Positions 62,514 through 64,000 of a stretch of 64,000 nucleotides of DNA are shown one piece after another (position 1 is the stretch's first letter; each line of letters starts with the position of its first letter). The notes below the pieces were generated by a model that saw nothing but the letters and a program-made list of their open reading frames with translations, was not told the origin of the DNA and did no database searches. A program made the translations under genes and the position numbers. Source of the DNA: the human T2T-CHM13v2.0 reference genome, Homo sapiens; the NCBI RefSeq assembly GCF_009914755.1, contig NC_060947.1. The stretch is one strand, 5' to 3'.

Positions 62514-63451
62514 ATCCTTTTCTTTTAAATTTGTTTCTATCTCTGCACACCTACACATCCATTCATCCTTCTATCTGTATATAGATCACTATCTATAATT
62601 ATGTCCACAATGTATGCTATCATCACTCACCTCTAAACATTGTGATTTGATATTTTTAAAAATATATTCTTTGTACTGTTTTATATTGCTTGCTTGTGTC
62701 ATTTTTAAAAATTCCTGCCTATTAAAACGAATTAGAGGGTCACTGATGGTCGAGAGGAAAAGGAGAAAGACAGTTGGCAAACTATTTATTTTTGACTCTA
62801 ACATGAGACTTTATAAGTTTCCCATGTCAGAACTCTTTACAAGGTCATCACTTTGGTCAATTTCAAATTGATTTGTTATTAAACATGTGCTGCCTATACT
62901 GTTCCAACATGTAATTCTTTCTCCTTCTGCTTGTAGTAAAACAAACCCTTGCCAAGAGAACACTGACAGAAGACATAAATTATCCTGTGAGTTAAAGGGG
63001 CAACCAAGGTTTCTATTGTTTGCAGCAGTGGTTAAGGAGCTGTTCAGAGGTAGAAAACAAAAGGATCCTGGTGACATGATAATAGCTCTGTGATACTCTG
63101 TTGCAGGCTGCTGGATGGTAACTGTCCTGGCCTTCTACCATTCAACATACATGATCATACCACGTGTCATCATCCATAGTCCAAAGTAGAGGCTGAGAGA
63201 GATAATGCCTATTTTTGAAGTATATATAAAACAGCACAATTCTGAGGCTGTAGGTCAAGTGACTCAGGATCATTTTTTACAGACTTATAAATCTGTAGAT
63301 TACTAGCCCACTGTAGATATAACTAATAAAGGCATGTGCCTATGGAAATGTTCACTAGACTGGGAACTAAGTCCCTCCCTTTGCAAACCGGTTGGATCTT
63401 GCCCTTAGAGATAAGACCAAAGATCTGCAGAAGGGAAGTTTCCCAGCAGAC

Positions 63452-64000
63452 AAATTGCAAAAATAGTAGAGAGTTCACATATACCCATCACTGTTTCCCT
63501 TAATATTAATGTTAATCTTACATAACCATAGCACAATAATCAAAACCAGGAAATTAGGATTGGTAAAATACTATTAACTACATATCTTATTCAAATTTCC
63601 CCAGTCTCCCCACTAATGTCCTTTTCCTGTTCCGGAGTCTCACCTTGCATTCAGTTGTTACTTCTCTTTAGTCCTCTCTGATATGCAACAATTCCTCAGT
63701 CTCTATTTGTCTTTCATGACCTGAAGACCTTTAAAGACTACTGAGCAGTTATTTTGCAGAATGAGCTTCAATTTGGATTTTTCTGATGTTTCCTCATGAC
63801 CAGATTGAGGTTATGTAGTTTGAGCATGAATAATAAGAAGGCACGTTGTACCCTTCTCAGTGTATCATATCAGGAGGTACATCATGCCCATATGTCTGAT
63901 TACCATTGGTATTAATCCTGATTACATGATTAAGGTGGTATTTTGTTTCTCCACTATAAAGTCAACATTTTTTCCCTTTGTAACTGGTAAATATTTTTGA
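63452..64000 (-). mobile_element. Old L1M (L1MC/MD-like) 3' region
   Basis: aaattgcaaaaatagtagagagttcacatataccc...tcaaaaccaggaaatt...cagttattttgcagaatg...ttctcagtgtatcatatcaggagg. Confidence 0.7.

Overview
Primate (almost certainly human) genomic DNA with no intact host gene, dominated by transposable elements. The one gene-derived feature is a processed pseudogene of steroid 5-alpha-reductase 1 (54927-57091). Its translation matches SRD5A1, so it is most likely the known X-linked SRD5A1P1. The other main features are: a HERV-L provirus with its 5' MLT2A LTR but no 3' LTR (4249-10665); an old LTR16/HERV16-type ERVL provirus (~13284-26905) with a near-full-length L1MA, a THE1 solo LTR and an MLT1 solo LTR nested inside it, each with a readable target-site duplication (TSD); a full-length L1PA (43807-49965) preceded by an inverted 1.74-kb L1 ORF2 segment; and many MIR, L2, L1M and MER fragments. 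I found no credible new gene system. The most interesting observations are structural: apparent gene conversion between the inverted L1 arms, an Alu replacing the HERV-L 3' LTR at the PPT boundary, a double poly(A) junction upstream of the pseudogene, and several local duplications. Repeat subfamily names come from recalled consensus sequences, not from a search, and boundaries of old repeats are approximate.
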